A stretch of DNA of 64,000 bases from Alphaproteobacteria bacterium (GTDB lineage: Bacteria > Pseudomonadota > Alphaproteobacteria > Bin95), in the NCBI GenBank assembly GCA_030833925.1, contig JAURGE010000005.1:4654-68653 (forward strand). Direction: 5' to 3'. Below are positions 28,416 to 38,392 of the stretch, piece by piece. The notes below the pieces were generated by a model that made no database searches, was not told the origin of the DNA, and saw only the letters and a list, made by a program, of their open reading frames with translations. Numbering within the stretch: position 1 is the stretch's first letter; every line of letters starts with the position of its first letter. A program made the translations under genes and the position numbers.

Positions 28416-29251
28416 ACAGCTTTTCTGAAAAAAGCTTTAAAGTATTTGCTGGGTCTCAATTCATTAAAATAGCTTATCGAGATTGGGGCCCAGAAAACGC
28501 TTCTAAGGTCGCAATTTGTATTCATGGACTTTCTCGTAATATGAGAGATTTCGATGAATTTTCTAATGCAATATCTGATAATTGGCGTGTGCTTGCCGTT
28601 GATATGCCTGGGCGGGGAAGTAGTGATTGGTTAGACAATAAATCAGCATACAATTACGAGCTTTACGAAGCAGTTTGTGCCCATGCGATCGCTCTCTCAA
28701 GGACGGAGAAAGTGGTTTGGATTGGTACGTCAATGGGTGGCATACTAGGGATGCGACTTGCGGCCAAAGGGGCGCCTTTTTCCAAATTGGTTCTCAATGA
28801 TATTGGTCCGTTTATACCGGCCGAAGGTCGGCGACATAATCAAGCTAATTTTGGGAAAGACCCACGATTCAAAACTGAAGAAGAAGGCATCACTTATATC
28901 AAAGATACACGGCGTACCTTTGGTCCTTTTACAGAGGCCGGTTGGAAAAAATTTGGTACGGATAGTTTGCGCCAATTAGACGACGGCAACTGGACACTTC
29001 ATTACGATCCTGGCCTCGCTTCAGATGCGCCAATTTCAGACACTAATATGTGGGAGCTTTGGCCAAAAATTCAGGTTCCTGTATTAACTGTTTGGGGAGA
29101 AGAATCACTTCTATTAACTGCTTCTACAGTTGATCGAATGGCCTATTCTGGTCCGAAAACAGAAGTTTTTAGTGTTGCGGGTGTTGGCCATTGCCCTGGT
29201 TTAACAACACCTTCTGAAATATCGGCAATAGCTGAATTTATTGATAGGTAG
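28412..29251 (+). CDS. Alpha/beta hydrolase, tandem paralog of the preceding gene
   Basis: IAYRDWG, CIHGLSRNMRDFD, GRGSSDWL, GTSMGG, LNDIGP, GVGHCP. Confidence 0.8.
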   Translation: MNSFSEKSFKVFAGSQFIKIAYRDWGPENASKVAICIHGLSRNMRDFDEFSNAISDNWRVLAVDMPGRGSSDWLDNKSAYNYELYEAVCAHAIALSRTEKVVWIGTSMGGILGMRLAAKGAPFSKLVLNDIGPFIPAEGRRHNQANFGKDPRFKTEEEGITYIKDTRRTFGPFTEAGWKKFGTDSLRQLDDGNWTLHYDPGLASDAPISDTNMWELWPKIQVPVLTVWGEESLLLTASTVDRMAYSGPKTEVFSVAGVGHCPGLTTPSEISAIAEFIDR

Positions 29252-29261
29252 TGGTGAACCG

Positions 29262-30206
29262 ATGACTAAAGTCAAACTCGGATATCTCCTCCCTACAAGG
29301 GAGAAGATTATGAGTGGCGTTCAAGCCACCAAGCCAATCATCGATTTAGCGCGTCGGGCAGAAACTTTGGGTTATGACTCAATTTGGATAGGAGACTCAG
29401 TAACGGCAAAACCTCGCCATGATGCTTTTGTAATATTGGCAGGGATTGCTGTCGCCACAGAGCGTGTTGAATTAGGAACAGCAGTTCTCCTTCCAATGTT
29501 GCGCAATCCAGTTTTGCTTGCACATCAGGCTGCAACTTTAGATCAATTAAGTGAGGGACGACTGATACTGGGCGTTGGTACGGCTCGCGATGTTCCTGCA
29601 ATTCGAAAAGAATTCGAGGCTGTCGGAGTCCCCTTCGAAAAGCGGATAGGACGGATGTTGGAGGGCCTCGACCTGGCTAAAGCTCTTTGGGCAGGAGGAC
29701 CTGTTACCTGGGAGGGGCGATGGACAACAAACGCAGTTGAGATAGGCCCGCTACCTTTTAGGTCAGGAGGCCCACCCATTTGGGGTGGCGGGGCGGCCGA
29801 GGGGGCATTAAAGCGAGCAGGAAGATATTTTGACGGTTGGTTTCCATCTGGCCCATCGGATCCCACCGTTTTTGCAGAAAGTCTTAAACGTGTGCGCGAT
29901 TATGCTGATGCGGTAGGAAGAAATCCTGACCATGTCACCCCTGCAATGTACGTTACGGTTAGTATTAATTCTGATGTACAAAAGGCGGAAGCGGATTTGA
30001 ATTCGTATCTAGAAGCATACTACCTTCAGCCTGCGTCGAAGCTCAGACAACAGCAAGCGGCATTTTCAGGCTCAGAAGTGCAGGTTGGAGAATGGTTAGC
30101 TCGCTTTATTGAAGCCGGATGCAGCCATATTTGCATCCGCCCGGTGGGGGAAACTGAAGAACAGATGGAACGCATCATTGGTCTTTGGTCTTCGATCGGC
30201 GGCTAA
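29262..30206 (+). CDS. LLM-class flavin-dependent oxidoreductase
   Basis: AETLGYDSIWIGDS, ELGTAVLL, ATLDQLSEGRLILGVG, PPIWGGG. Confidence 0.9.
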   Translation: MTKVKLGYLLPTREKIMSGVQATKPIIDLARRAETLGYDSIWIGDSVTAKPRHDAFVILAGIAVATERVELGTAVLLPMLRNPVLLAHQAATLDQLSEGRLILGVGTARDVPAIRKEFEAVGVPFEKRIGRMLEGLDLAKALWAGGPVTWEGRWTTNAVEIGPLPFRSGGPPIWGGGAAEGALKRAGRYFDGWFPSGPSDPTVFAESLKRVRDYADAVGRNPDHVTPAMYVTVSINSDVQKAEADLNSYLEAYYLQPASKLRQQQAAFSGSEVQVGEWLARFIEAGCSHICIRPVGETEEQMERIIGLWSSIGG

Positions 30207-31036
30207 TCCACGATTTTAAGCCATTCTTCAAAAATTTCACAGCAAGGTTCAGGATTAGATAAAAACAATCGGTGTTTAGCCTCAGGGAAGGGGGCCTCAA
30301 GGTAATTAGGCAGTCTTTCTTTAAGAATTCGTGCTTGCTCTAGGTCCACGAACGGTGATTTTTGAGCGACAAAATTCAAAACAGGCATTGTGAGTTGATC
30401 AAGCCTAGGACCTAAATCAGCTTGTCTGAGCGTAGTTACTAAGGCGGCTGCAGCCTCTGGCATTACGTCAAGTTGGCAGGTTTCCGCCCAATCAATTATT
30501 TTTTTATCGTCTTTTTCGTAATCAAAGCTTCCAGAAAGGATCATATCTGACCAGGTTTTAAGGCCTCCTTTTTGGGTGATAACTGATGGCCAATCGGAGA
30601 TATTATTTACTAAATCACCGCGCCATCCTGTGGATGCAACTGCGATACCTTTAATGAGTTGAGGTCTTGTTACAGCTAAATAAAGTCCGACTGTTCCGCC
30701 AAAACTTTCACCGACAAATATGCAGTTTAGGATACCCAGACTTTGTAAAACGTCGTCGATGTCCTGGGCATAGTCTTCTAAATCAAGGCTAGGTGCCTTC
30801 CAAATAGGCTTTGAGGCGCCGTGACCGCGCATATCAATTGCTATACAGGCCCTATCGGCAGATACTCGACGGATCCAGGGAAGCCAAGCGCGGCTATCCA
30901 GGCCAAGTCCATGCTGGAAAACTAAAGGCACTCGTGCAGGGTTCCATGGATTAGTCAAATCAATCAGTCTAAAGCCAACACCTTTTGGGCTGTATCTGAT
31001 TGTATTTAATTTGACCGTATCCATCCTGATTATCAC
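30203..31036 (-). CDS. Alpha/beta hydrolase (enol-lactonase-like)
   Basis: FQHGLG, IDMRGHG, GESFGG, terminal His (AKHRLF). Confidence 0.82.
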   Translation of the reverse strand: MIIRMDTVKLNTIRYSPKGVGFRLIDLTNPWNPARVPLVFQHGLGLDSRAWLPWIRRVSADRACIAIDMRGHGASKPIWKAPSLDLEDYAQDIDDVLQSLGILNCIFVGESFGGTVGLYLAVTRPQLIKGIAVASTGWRGDLVNNISDWPSVITQKGGLKTWSDMILSGSFDYEKDDKKIIDWAETCQLDVMPEAAAALVTTLRQADLGPRLDQLTMPVLNFVAQKSPFVDLEQARILKERLPNYLEAPFPEAKHRLFLSNPEPCCEIFEEWLKIVD

Positions 31037-32679
31037 CCAGCTGTAACTGTTGGTAGGACATAATCTTTAAAGCGCTCACGAAGCTGTAACTTAGAGAGTT
31101 TGCCCGTGGCTGTATGGGGCAATTCGTCGACAAAAACCACGTCGTCGGGCGTCCACCACTTTGCAATCTTCCCCTCTAAAAAGTCTAACATTTGTTGCTT
31201 GTCCAGATCTTGGCCGCTCTGGGTTTTAACAACAACAAGTAACGGGCGTTCATCCCATTTAGGGTGTGGCATCCCGATCGCGGCGGCTTCGGCCACTTTT
31301 GGATGACCAACAGCTACGTTCTCCAGGTCAATGGAGCTAATCCATTCGCCACCTGACTTGATAACATCTTTAAGACGGTCCGTTATCCAAATATATCCGT
31401 CAGGATCGATAGCGCACACGTCGCCCGTGCTAAACCAACCATCTTCGGCATGCGCTTCTGCTCTTTCAGCCAAGTTAAAATAGTCACTAATTATCCAAGG
31501 CCCAGTTACTTTAAGTTCGCCCGTAGCCTTACCGTCATTTGGGAGAGTGTTGCCATCTTCATCAACAATTTTCATGTCGACACCATACAAAACGCGGCCT
31601 GCACTTTGCTGCAGGTCCATCCGCTCAACTTCACCAAGCCCGTTATGCTTCATTTTCGGTGTGTTAACGGTGCCTAAAGGCGACATTTCTGTCATTCCCC
31701 AGGCATGAAGTACTTGTACACCGTACTTGTTTTGGAAGGTCTCCATCATAGCTCGAGGGCAAGCGGAGCCACCAATTACGACCCGCTCCAGGTCATTTAA
31801 ATTGCCATCTATTTCCTGCATGTGAGCAAGAAGCATCATCCAAATCGTCGGTACGGCTGCAGTAAAACTAACTTTTTCACTTGTTAGGAGATCATAGATA
31901 CTTCTGCCGTCTAGATGCCTACCAGGCAGAACGAGCTTGCAGCCTGTAGCTGCCGCCGCATAAGGCGTACCCCAAGCATTGACGTGAAACATGGGGACTA
32001 CTGGCATAACGGTATCTCTGCTCGACAAACCCATACAGTCAGGTGCTATCTGAGCTAATGCATGGATGATTGTCGATTTATGAGCGTAGAGCGCTCCTTT
32101 AGGGTTGCCTGTGGTTCCACTAGTGTAGCAAAGCGCAGCAGCTGAATTATCGTCGAATTGTGGCCACGCAAATTCATCACTTTCTGAAGCGATCAAGTCT
32201 TCGTAGCAGATTGGATTTCGGAGCTTTGACACGTCCGGCATGTTTGCTTTATTGGCTAAGACTATCACGCCCTTAACGTTAGGAGCCTTCGGCAAAAGAG
32301 CCTCTACAAGTCCCACAAAGGTTGTATCGATGACTAGAAATTGGTCATCAGCATGGTTTACGACATACTCTAGTTGTTCAGGGAATAGGCGGGGATTTAT
32401 CGTATGGGTTACCGCCCCTATCCCGGAAATACCGTAATACGCTTCCAAATGGCGATAAGTATTCCAAGCAATTGTACCTATTCGGTCACCTTGTTTGATT
32501 CCCTTTTTTAACAGGGCTTGAGCAAACTTTTTGGCGCGTTTTTCTGCGTCAGACCAGGTATATCGATGTATCGGGCCTTCTACCGTTTTGGTCACTATTT
32601 CTTGGTCGCTGTGCCATTTTCCAGCGTGGGCGATCAGGCTCGAGATCAATAACGGTCGATCCATCATCTTTGCGAGCAT
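31033..32679 (-). CDS. Medium-chain acyl-CoA ligase, 3-(methylthio)propionyl-CoA ligase (DmdB)/AlkK-like
   Basis: [65 protein letters not shown]. Confidence 0.85.
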   Translation of the reverse strand: MLAKMMDRPLLISSLIAHAGKWHSDQEIVTKTVEGPIHRYTWSDAEKRAKKFAQALLKKGIKQGDRIGTIAWNTYRHLEAYYGISGIGAVTHTINPRLFPEQLEYVVNHADDQFLVIDTTFVGLVEALLPKAPNVKGVIVLANKANMPDVSKLRNPICYEDLIASESDEFAWPQFDDNSAAALCYTSGTTGNPKGALYAHKSTIIHALAQIAPDCMGLSSRDTVMPVVPMFHVNAWGTPYAAAATGCKLVLPGRHLDGRSIYDLLTSEKVSFTAAVPTIWMMLLAHMQEIDGNLNDLERVVIGGSACPRAMMETFQNKYGVQVLHAWGMTEMSPLGTVNTPKMKHNGLGEVERMDLQQSAGRVLYGVDMKIVDEDGNTLPNDGKATGELKVTGPWIISDYFNLAERAEAHAEDGWFSTGDVCAIDPDGYIWITDRLKDVIKSGGEWISSIDLENVAVGHPKVAEAAAIGMPHPKWDERPLLVVVKTQSGQDLDKQQMLDFLEGKIAKWWTPDDVVFVDELPHTATGKLSKLQLRERFKDYVLPTVTAG

Positions 32680-32766
32680 TTTAACATTCCTTGGGGATGA
32701 ACATTCATAATAGTCTTGAAGCTTAATTAATGCCGATATGACATAATATCAGCAAAGGGCTGAGCA

Positions 32767-33963
32767 TTGAAATTATTCCAAACTTTTAACGAAGAGGAGT
32801 TTAGCAAAAATTGGCGGGTGATCGTTGCTGGTTTCGTGATGGCCTTTTTTGCTTGGGGGATGATTTTCTATGCCCATGGTGTTTTTAAAGCGGTCTTGGA
32901 GGCCAAATACGGCTGGTCGCCTGTCCTCATGTCTTTTGCACAAACATGGTTTTGGTTTGTGGGGGCAATTGCCGCTTTTCTGGCTGGGGCTGTAATTGAT
33001 CGATTGGGTCCACGCACTGTTGCCTACTACGGAGCAGCAGCAACCGCGTTTGGTCTTGTTGCTATTACTTTTGTTAACGATCCTTGGCAGCTCTTTTTAG
33101 CCTACGCGATACTAGCAACAGCTTATCCACCTATAGGAAATCTTGGGATTTCTGCGGCGCTGGCTCCGATTTTTGAGAAGCATTATGCGACTGCCTTGTC
33201 GTTAGCTTTGACGGGAGCAAGTTTAGGTGGCGCGATAGTGACGCCGCTATACATCTTCCTTACGTCAGTACTTGGGTTTGAGATGGCCTCTTGGATTCTA
33301 GCTGCCATTACTTTGATCAGCCTTACTGCTATTTTGCGTTGGACGCCTACTCCAACTTTGACCTCAAAGTCAGTACCTAATGAGAGTGGAGTTGAGGCCT
33401 TTCGTAGTGCGATAAAGTCGCCCATATTTTGGGTAATTTGGCTAACTGGGCTGTTTTCATTCACTGGTCAGGTAGGCTTCCTCTTCCAGGAAATATCAAT
33501 CTTTTTGCCCCGTATGGGGCTAGAAAATGCCGGGTATGCAGTTAGCCTAACAGTTATTGCTGCAGCTTTTGGACGTTTCATTTTGGGTTGGGCGGCGACT
33601 ATCTGGAGATTAGGTGTGGTCGCATCCGGAGTTTACGCTGTTCAAGCAACTGGCTTGTTCATTGCATTGATAGACGAAGGGGTTGTTACTTCTTTTATTG
33701 CTGCTTTTATCATTGGGCTGGCAGTAGGGCCTGTGGTGATGCTACCTGCGATGTTGATCCGGGCGGCTTTCGGACCAAAAGGATTTGGCAAAATATTTGG
33801 TCTGTCTAGCGTCGGTATGTTTGGCGGAATGATGATCGGCCCTGGAATTACAGGTTTAATTTCGTCTTATATAGGTAATCAGGAAGCGTTAAGTGGCCTA
33901 GTTGCGTGCCAACTTGTATCAGCAGTTTTAATCTTTTTTTGGTTTAAGAGTCGCGTTGGTTAG
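32767..33963 (+). CDS. MFS transporter
   Basis: About 12 TM segments, AGAVIDRLGPR motif A, GRFILGW, FGPKGFGKIFG. Confidence 0.9.
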   Translation: MKLFQTFNEEEFSKNWRVIVAGFVMAFFAWGMIFYAHGVFKAVLEAKYGWSPVLMSFAQTWFWFVGAIAAFLAGAVIDRLGPRTVAYYGAAATAFGLVAITFVNDPWQLFLAYAILATAYPPIGNLGISAALAPIFEKHYATALSLALTGASLGGAIVTPLYIFLTSVLGFEMASWILAAITLISLTAILRWTPTPTLTSKSVPNESGVEAFRSAIKSPIFWVIWLTGLFSFTGQVGFLFQEISIFLPRMGLENAGYAVSLTVIAAAFGRFILGWAATIWRLGVVASGVYAVQATGLFIALIDEGVVTSFIAAFIIGLAVGPVVMLPAMLIRAAFGPKGFGKIFGLSSVGMFGGMMIGPGITGLISSYIGNQEALSGLVACQLVSAVLIFFWFKSRVG

Positions 33964-35188
33964 CTTTAATGAAAGCTGCAACGCGGGGCTGAATTTCCTC
34001 ACGCCAACGCTTACCGTTAAAAACACCATAATGACCGATCCCTGGTTGGACCCAGACATTCTTCATTTTAGAAGGAATATTCACGCAAAGGTTGTGAGCT
34101 GCTTGGGTCTGCCCAACACCAGATATATCGTCTTTCTCGCCCTCAACGGTCATAAGAGCTGTGTGTGTGATCGCGGCAGGTTCAACCAATTCACCACGCC
34201 AAATAAATTTACCGTCAGGCAGATAATGTTCTTGGAAAATGCGCTGAATGGTGTCCAAGTAAAACTCTGCTGTCATATCCATTACGGATAAGTATTCATC
34301 ATAAAATCTGTGGTGTTGTTCAACGCTATCGCCATCACCATCCACAAGATTTTCATAAAGTTTTACATGAGCATTCACATGCCGGTCCATGTTCATAGTC
34401 ATGAAGCCCGTCAGCTGTAAAAAGCCAGGATAAACACGCCTCATTGCGCCAGGATAATACATGGGGACGTTATAGATGACGTTTTGCTCAAACCACTCTA
34501 GGTCGCGGGAAGTTGCCAGTTTATTAGGAACTGTAGGACTTTTACGGGTATCGATAGGGCTACCCATTAGAGTAAGTGATGCGGGTACATTTGGGTCATT
34601 GGCAGCTGACATGATTGCGGTGGCTGCAAGGGCTGCCGGTCCTGGCTGGCACACAGCTAACACGTGCAAGTTTGGACCAAGTTTTTGGCAATAGCTAATT
34701 AAATAACTAATATAGTCATCTAGATTAAAGAAACCCGCTGATAGTGGAATTTCTCGCGCATCAATCCAGTCAGTAATGAACACATCGTGGTCTTGGAGCA
34801 TCGCTCGTACCGTTCCACGAAGAAGTGTTGCATAATGTCCGGACATTGGAGCAACCAAAAGTACCTTTGGAGCCTTCTTCTGACTGTCTGGTAAAGCTGC
34901 TTCATCGCGTTCGAAATGCAATAGACGTCCAAAATGCTGTTCCATAACGATTTTTTCGCGGACAGGAACAAGGTTTTGCCCGATCATAACCTCGTCAATA
35001 TCAAAAGACGGTTTGCCGTAACGCTTGGTTAAGCTTTCAAATACTTCACAAGCCGCTGCTAGTGCACGGCTGGAAGGCCACCCGGCGTAGGGGTTTTGAG
35101 GGGATTGCAGAAATCCTCGTGTTGCCGTTGCCATATTCCTATAGGGGCGGAGCGCAGCATGAGAGAACTCGTAAGCGGTGTATAGCAT
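33944..35188 (-). CDS. phaZ: Intracellular polyhydroxyalkanoate depolymerase (PhaZ1 type)
   Basis: VAPMSGHYATLLRGTV, AVCQPG (Cys lipase-box), PGFLQL, TVEGEKDDISG, GHYGVFNG. Confidence 0.96.
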   Translation of the reverse strand: MLYTAYEFSHAALRPYRNMATATRGFLQSPQNPYAGWPSSRALAAACEVFESLTKRYGKPSFDIDEVMIGQNLVPVREKIVMEQHFGRLLHFERDEAALPDSQKKAPKVLLVAPMSGHYATLLRGTVRAMLQDHDVFITDWIDAREIPLSAGFFNLDDYISYLISYCQKLGPNLHVLAVCQPGPAALAATAIMSAANDPNVPASLTLMGSPIDTRKSPTVPNKLATSRDLEWFEQNVIYNVPMYYPGAMRRVYPGFLQLTGFMTMNMDRHVNAHVKLYENLVDGDGDSVEQHHRFYDEYLSVMDMTAEFYLDTIQRIFQEHYLPDGKFIWRGELVEPAAITHTALMTVEGEKDDISGVGQTQAAHNLCVNIPSKMKNVWVQPGIGHYGVFNGKRWREEIQPRVAAFIKANQRDS

Positions 35189-35230
35189 TCGACGCCTCTA
35201 TCCAAAAACCTTCGCAATGTAGCAGTGGAT

Positions 35231-35246
35231 TTGTGCGATGCAACAA
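35231..35246. promoter_or_regulatory. PhaR-like box upstream of phaZ
   Basis: TTGTGCGATGCAACAA, a near-palindrome 43-58 nt upstream of the phaZ start; 11/12 identical to TTGTGCGACGCA in the sRNA promoter. Confidence 0.6.
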
Positions 35247-35289
35247 AATTCTTTTTAAAGCATTCAAATAAATCAAAATTTGGTTGTCT

Positions 35290-36819
35290 TTAGCCGAAGA
35301 ATATTTCCGTCCAGCCCGCAATAGCTAAAAGTACAAAGAACCAGAATACCAGGCGCCCTTGCCTCTGTTCTGTTTTTTTTATCGATGTCGCTTCTAGTAG
35401 ATCATTCTCTTCTATCATTCGCTCTATTCGAGATAGGGTTCGCGGAAGTCGAAGGGCGGCATCGGCGCCGTCAGCCAGTAGGTCTGCTATTCTCGCTTCA
35501 GGCCCACGTTGATTTCGCATCCATTCTTCGATTAGGGGTTGTGCGAGTTGCCACATATTCACAGTGGGATCGAGCCTTCTTCCCATGCCCTCCGCCATAA
35601 GAAGAGTTTTTTGTAAAAGTAATAATTGAGGCTGAGTTTCCATTTGGAAAGTTTCTGTAATCTGAAAAAGTTGTTGCAGCAGGCGACCCAGCGAAATCTC
35701 ATGAAGCGGTTTTCCGAGGATCGGTTCCGCGATAGACCTGCAAGCTTGAGCAAAGGCAGCTCGAGATTGGCTCGCGGGAACGTATCCAGCTCTAAAATGC
35801 ACGTCAGCTACTAGCTGATAGTCACGCGTTAGCATGCCAAATAGCATGTCTGCTAAATAATCACGCGTTGGACGGTCCAAGCGCCCCATGATGCCAAAAT
35901 CAATGACGGTGAGGCCCCCATCCGGATTTACAAAAACATTTCCTGGATGCATGTCAGCATGGAAAAAGCCGTGCTCAAAAACCTGTCGAAAGAACGCCTG
36001 AGACGCTATTCGCATAATCTCATGACGGTCATGGCCGAGTTCATCAAGTTTTTGTATATCGTCGACGCGGAAGCCTGTTACTCGCTCAAGCGTTAAGACT
36101 CGGCGGGCTGTTCGGGTCCAGTCTATCACCGGCGTTTTAAAATAAGGTTCACCAGCAAAATTATCACGGAGCTCACTAGCTGCCGCCGCCTCCATTCGGA
36201 GATCCATTTCTGCATTAACAGTCTCGGCAAAAGCTTCCACTACTTCAATGGGGCGTAACCGGCGCCCACTTGGAACTAACCTCCAGGCCCAAGCTGCAAG
36301 CCAACGAAACATAGCAATATCGTTATCAAAAGCTTGTTCTATTCCAGGTCTTAAAACCTTAACCGCAACCTCTTCGCCTTCTTTCGTTACGGCGAGATGA
36401 ACCTGAGCAATAGAAGCTGCTGCTACGGGTGCATTTTCAATAGACTGAAACAGTTCTTCAACTGGTTTCCCTAGCTGTTCCTCAATTGTTTCAAAAGCAA
36501 CCTTTGCAGGAAAGGGCGTCAACCTGTCTTGCAGCATCGCAAGATCATCTGCCACTCCCGCGCCGAAAATGTCGCTGCGGGTAGAGAGTGTTTGACCTAA
36601 CTTTATAAATGTTGGCCCAAGCTTTGTTAAAGCTGCGGCAAGTCTTACTCCAGGCCTATCCGGGAGATCTGCCTTCCGAGCTAGTTTCGAAAGTATGCGT
36701 GCAAGCCATTGCAATGGCTTAGGCGATGGATATTCCTGGAATGGGAATAATGCGTCATGTCGCGCTAACACGTATATGATACGGACTAATCGACAAGAAT
36801 GTTGCAAAGCTGAAATCAT
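35290..36819 (-). CDS. ubiB: Ubiquinone biosynthesis kinase-like protein UbiB
   Basis: LGPTFIKLGQ, AAASIAQVH, VAVKVLRPG, FFHADMHPGN, IDFGIMGRL. Confidence 0.95.
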   Translation of the reverse strand: MISALQHSCRLVRIIYVLARHDALFPFQEYPSPKPLQWLARILSKLARKADLPDRPGVRLAAALTKLGPTFIKLGQTLSTRSDIFGAGVADDLAMLQDRLTPFPAKVAFETIEEQLGKPVEELFQSIENAPVAAASIAQVHLAVTKEGEEVAVKVLRPGIEQAFDNDIAMFRWLAAWAWRLVPSGRRLRPIEVVEAFAETVNAEMDLRMEAAAASELRDNFAGEPYFKTPVIDWTRTARRVLTLERVTGFRVDDIQKLDELGHDRHEIMRIASQAFFRQVFEHGFFHADMHPGNVFVNPDGGLTVIDFGIMGRLDRPTRDYLADMLFGMLTRDYQLVADVHFRAGYVPASQSRAAFAQACRSIAEPILGKPLHEISLGRLLQQLFQITETFQMETQPQLLLLQKTLLMAEGMGRRLDPTVNMWQLAQPLIEEWMRNQRGPEARIADLLADGADAALRLPRTLSRIERMIEENDLLEATSIKKTEQRQGRLVFWFFVLLAIAGWTEIFFG

Positions 36820-36931
36820 ATCGGCTCAGATATTTCTTTGGGGCATAAGTTGCCTGTTACCCTTCTAGCCTCAAAGTTGGCTGCATGCTACTTGCGATAT
36901 TCATAACCACGGTGCCCAGGAGATCAACTGA

Positions 36932-38296
36932 ATGAGCAAATTTGATTATGACCTTTTCGTAATCGGTGCTGGCTCTGGAGGTGTGCGAGGTGCTCGAATG
37001 GCTGCTGCAACCGGGATAAGAGTTGGAATTGCTGAAGGTAGAAGAGTTGGAGGCACCTGTGTTCTTAGAGGTTGCGTACCTAAAAAGCTTTTAGTGTACG
37101 CAGCTCATTTTGCCCATGACTTTGAGGATGCCGCAGCATACGGATGGCGGTTGCGACCCCCAACCCACGAATGGGCTCATCTTATTGCGGCGAAAAATCA
37201 GGAAACTGATCGTTTGAACGGGATTTATGTCAATCTCTTGAAAAATGCAGGGGTTGAAATTCATGAGGGCTACGCAAGCTTCATAGACTCTCACACACTT
37301 AACGTTGGCGGAAAGAAAATTACTTCGGAACGCATTCTGATAGCTTCTGGAGCTAGACCGTTTGTGCCTGAAATTCCAGGAAGGGAATATTCAATCACGT
37401 CTGATGAGGCCCTAGATCTCATGTCGAGACCTGAACGAATTGTTATTGTGGGAGCTGGCTACATCGCAGTTGAGTTTGCTGGAATTTTTGCGGAACTTGG
37501 TTCAGAGGTAACGCTGTTAGTTAGATCCCAACTGCTTCGAGGCTTCGACCGTGACATTGCGGGTGAACTTGAGGCTGCCTTGGAAAGGTCTGGAGTAAAA
37601 CTCGTCTTTGGTGGTGAAGTAAGCGGTATCTACAAGGACGACAAGGAATACACCGTCGAAACGTCTGAGGGGCGAGCGATCAAGACGGATCTTGTCATGT
37701 TCGCAGCTGGCCGAGATCCAAATATCGAGGGAATGGGGCTTGAAAATATTGGCGTTGAATTGAAATCTGGACGCGCAATTGAGGTCGACGAATTTTCTCA
37801 AACATCAGTCGAAAATGTTTATGCTATAGGCGATGTAACGGACCGCATGGCTTTGACGCCGGTCGCAATACATGAGGCCATGTGCTTCGTCGACACAGTC
37901 TATAAAGATCGGCGACGCTCACCAAATTATGAATTTGTGCCTACGGCGGTCTTCAGCCAACCACCGATTGGAACGGTTGGTTTAGATGAAGAAGCAGCGA
38001 TTAAGAAATTTGGTAAGGTTGATGTGTACACATCACGATTTCGTCCAATGAAACATACTCTGACCAAACGTGACCACTTCAGTTTCATGAAACTAATCGT
38101 TCACCCGGAGTCAGATAAGGTCATAGGCTGTCACATGATTGGCGATGATGCGGCCGAGATTGCTCAAGGTATGGGGATTGCCTTGAAAATCGGGGCCACA
38201 AAGGCGGATTTTGACGCAACGATTGGAATACATCCAACTGCAGCAGAAGAATTTGTTACGATGCGCGAGAAACGCGTGCCAAAAGAAGAAAGTTAA
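36932..38296 (+). CDS. gor: Glutathione-disulfide reductase
   Basis: GAGSGG, GGTCVLRGCVPKK, GAGYIAVE, IGIHPTAAEEFVTM. Confidence 0.97.
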   Translation: MSKFDYDLFVIGAGSGGVRGARMAAATGIRVGIAEGRRVGGTCVLRGCVPKKLLVYAAHFAHDFEDAAAYGWRLRPPTHEWAHLIAAKNQETDRLNGIYVNLLKNAGVEIHEGYASFIDSHTLNVGGKKITSERILIASGARPFVPEIPGREYSITSDEALDLMSRPERIVIVGAGYIAVEFAGIFAELGSEVTLLVRSQLLRGFDRDIAGELEAALERSGVKLVFGGEVSGIYKDDKEYTVETSEGRAIKTDLVMFAAGRDPNIEGMGLENIGVELKSGRAIEVDEFSQTSVENVYAIGDVTDRMALTPVAIHEAMCFVDTVYKDRRRSPNYEFVPTAVFSQPPIGTVGLDEEAAIKKFGKVDVYTSRFRPMKHTLTKRDHFSFMKLIVHPESDKVIGCHMIGDDAAEIAQGMGIALKIGATKADFDATIGIHPTAAEEFVTMREKRVPKEES

Positions 38297-38392
38297 GTTA
38301 CCAACTAGTGGTTGTCGTTAACGTAACTGTTTCGTATACCCCATAAACAGGTTGTGGATAACCCGTCTCAGTGGCGGGTAGATGAGGTTTTA

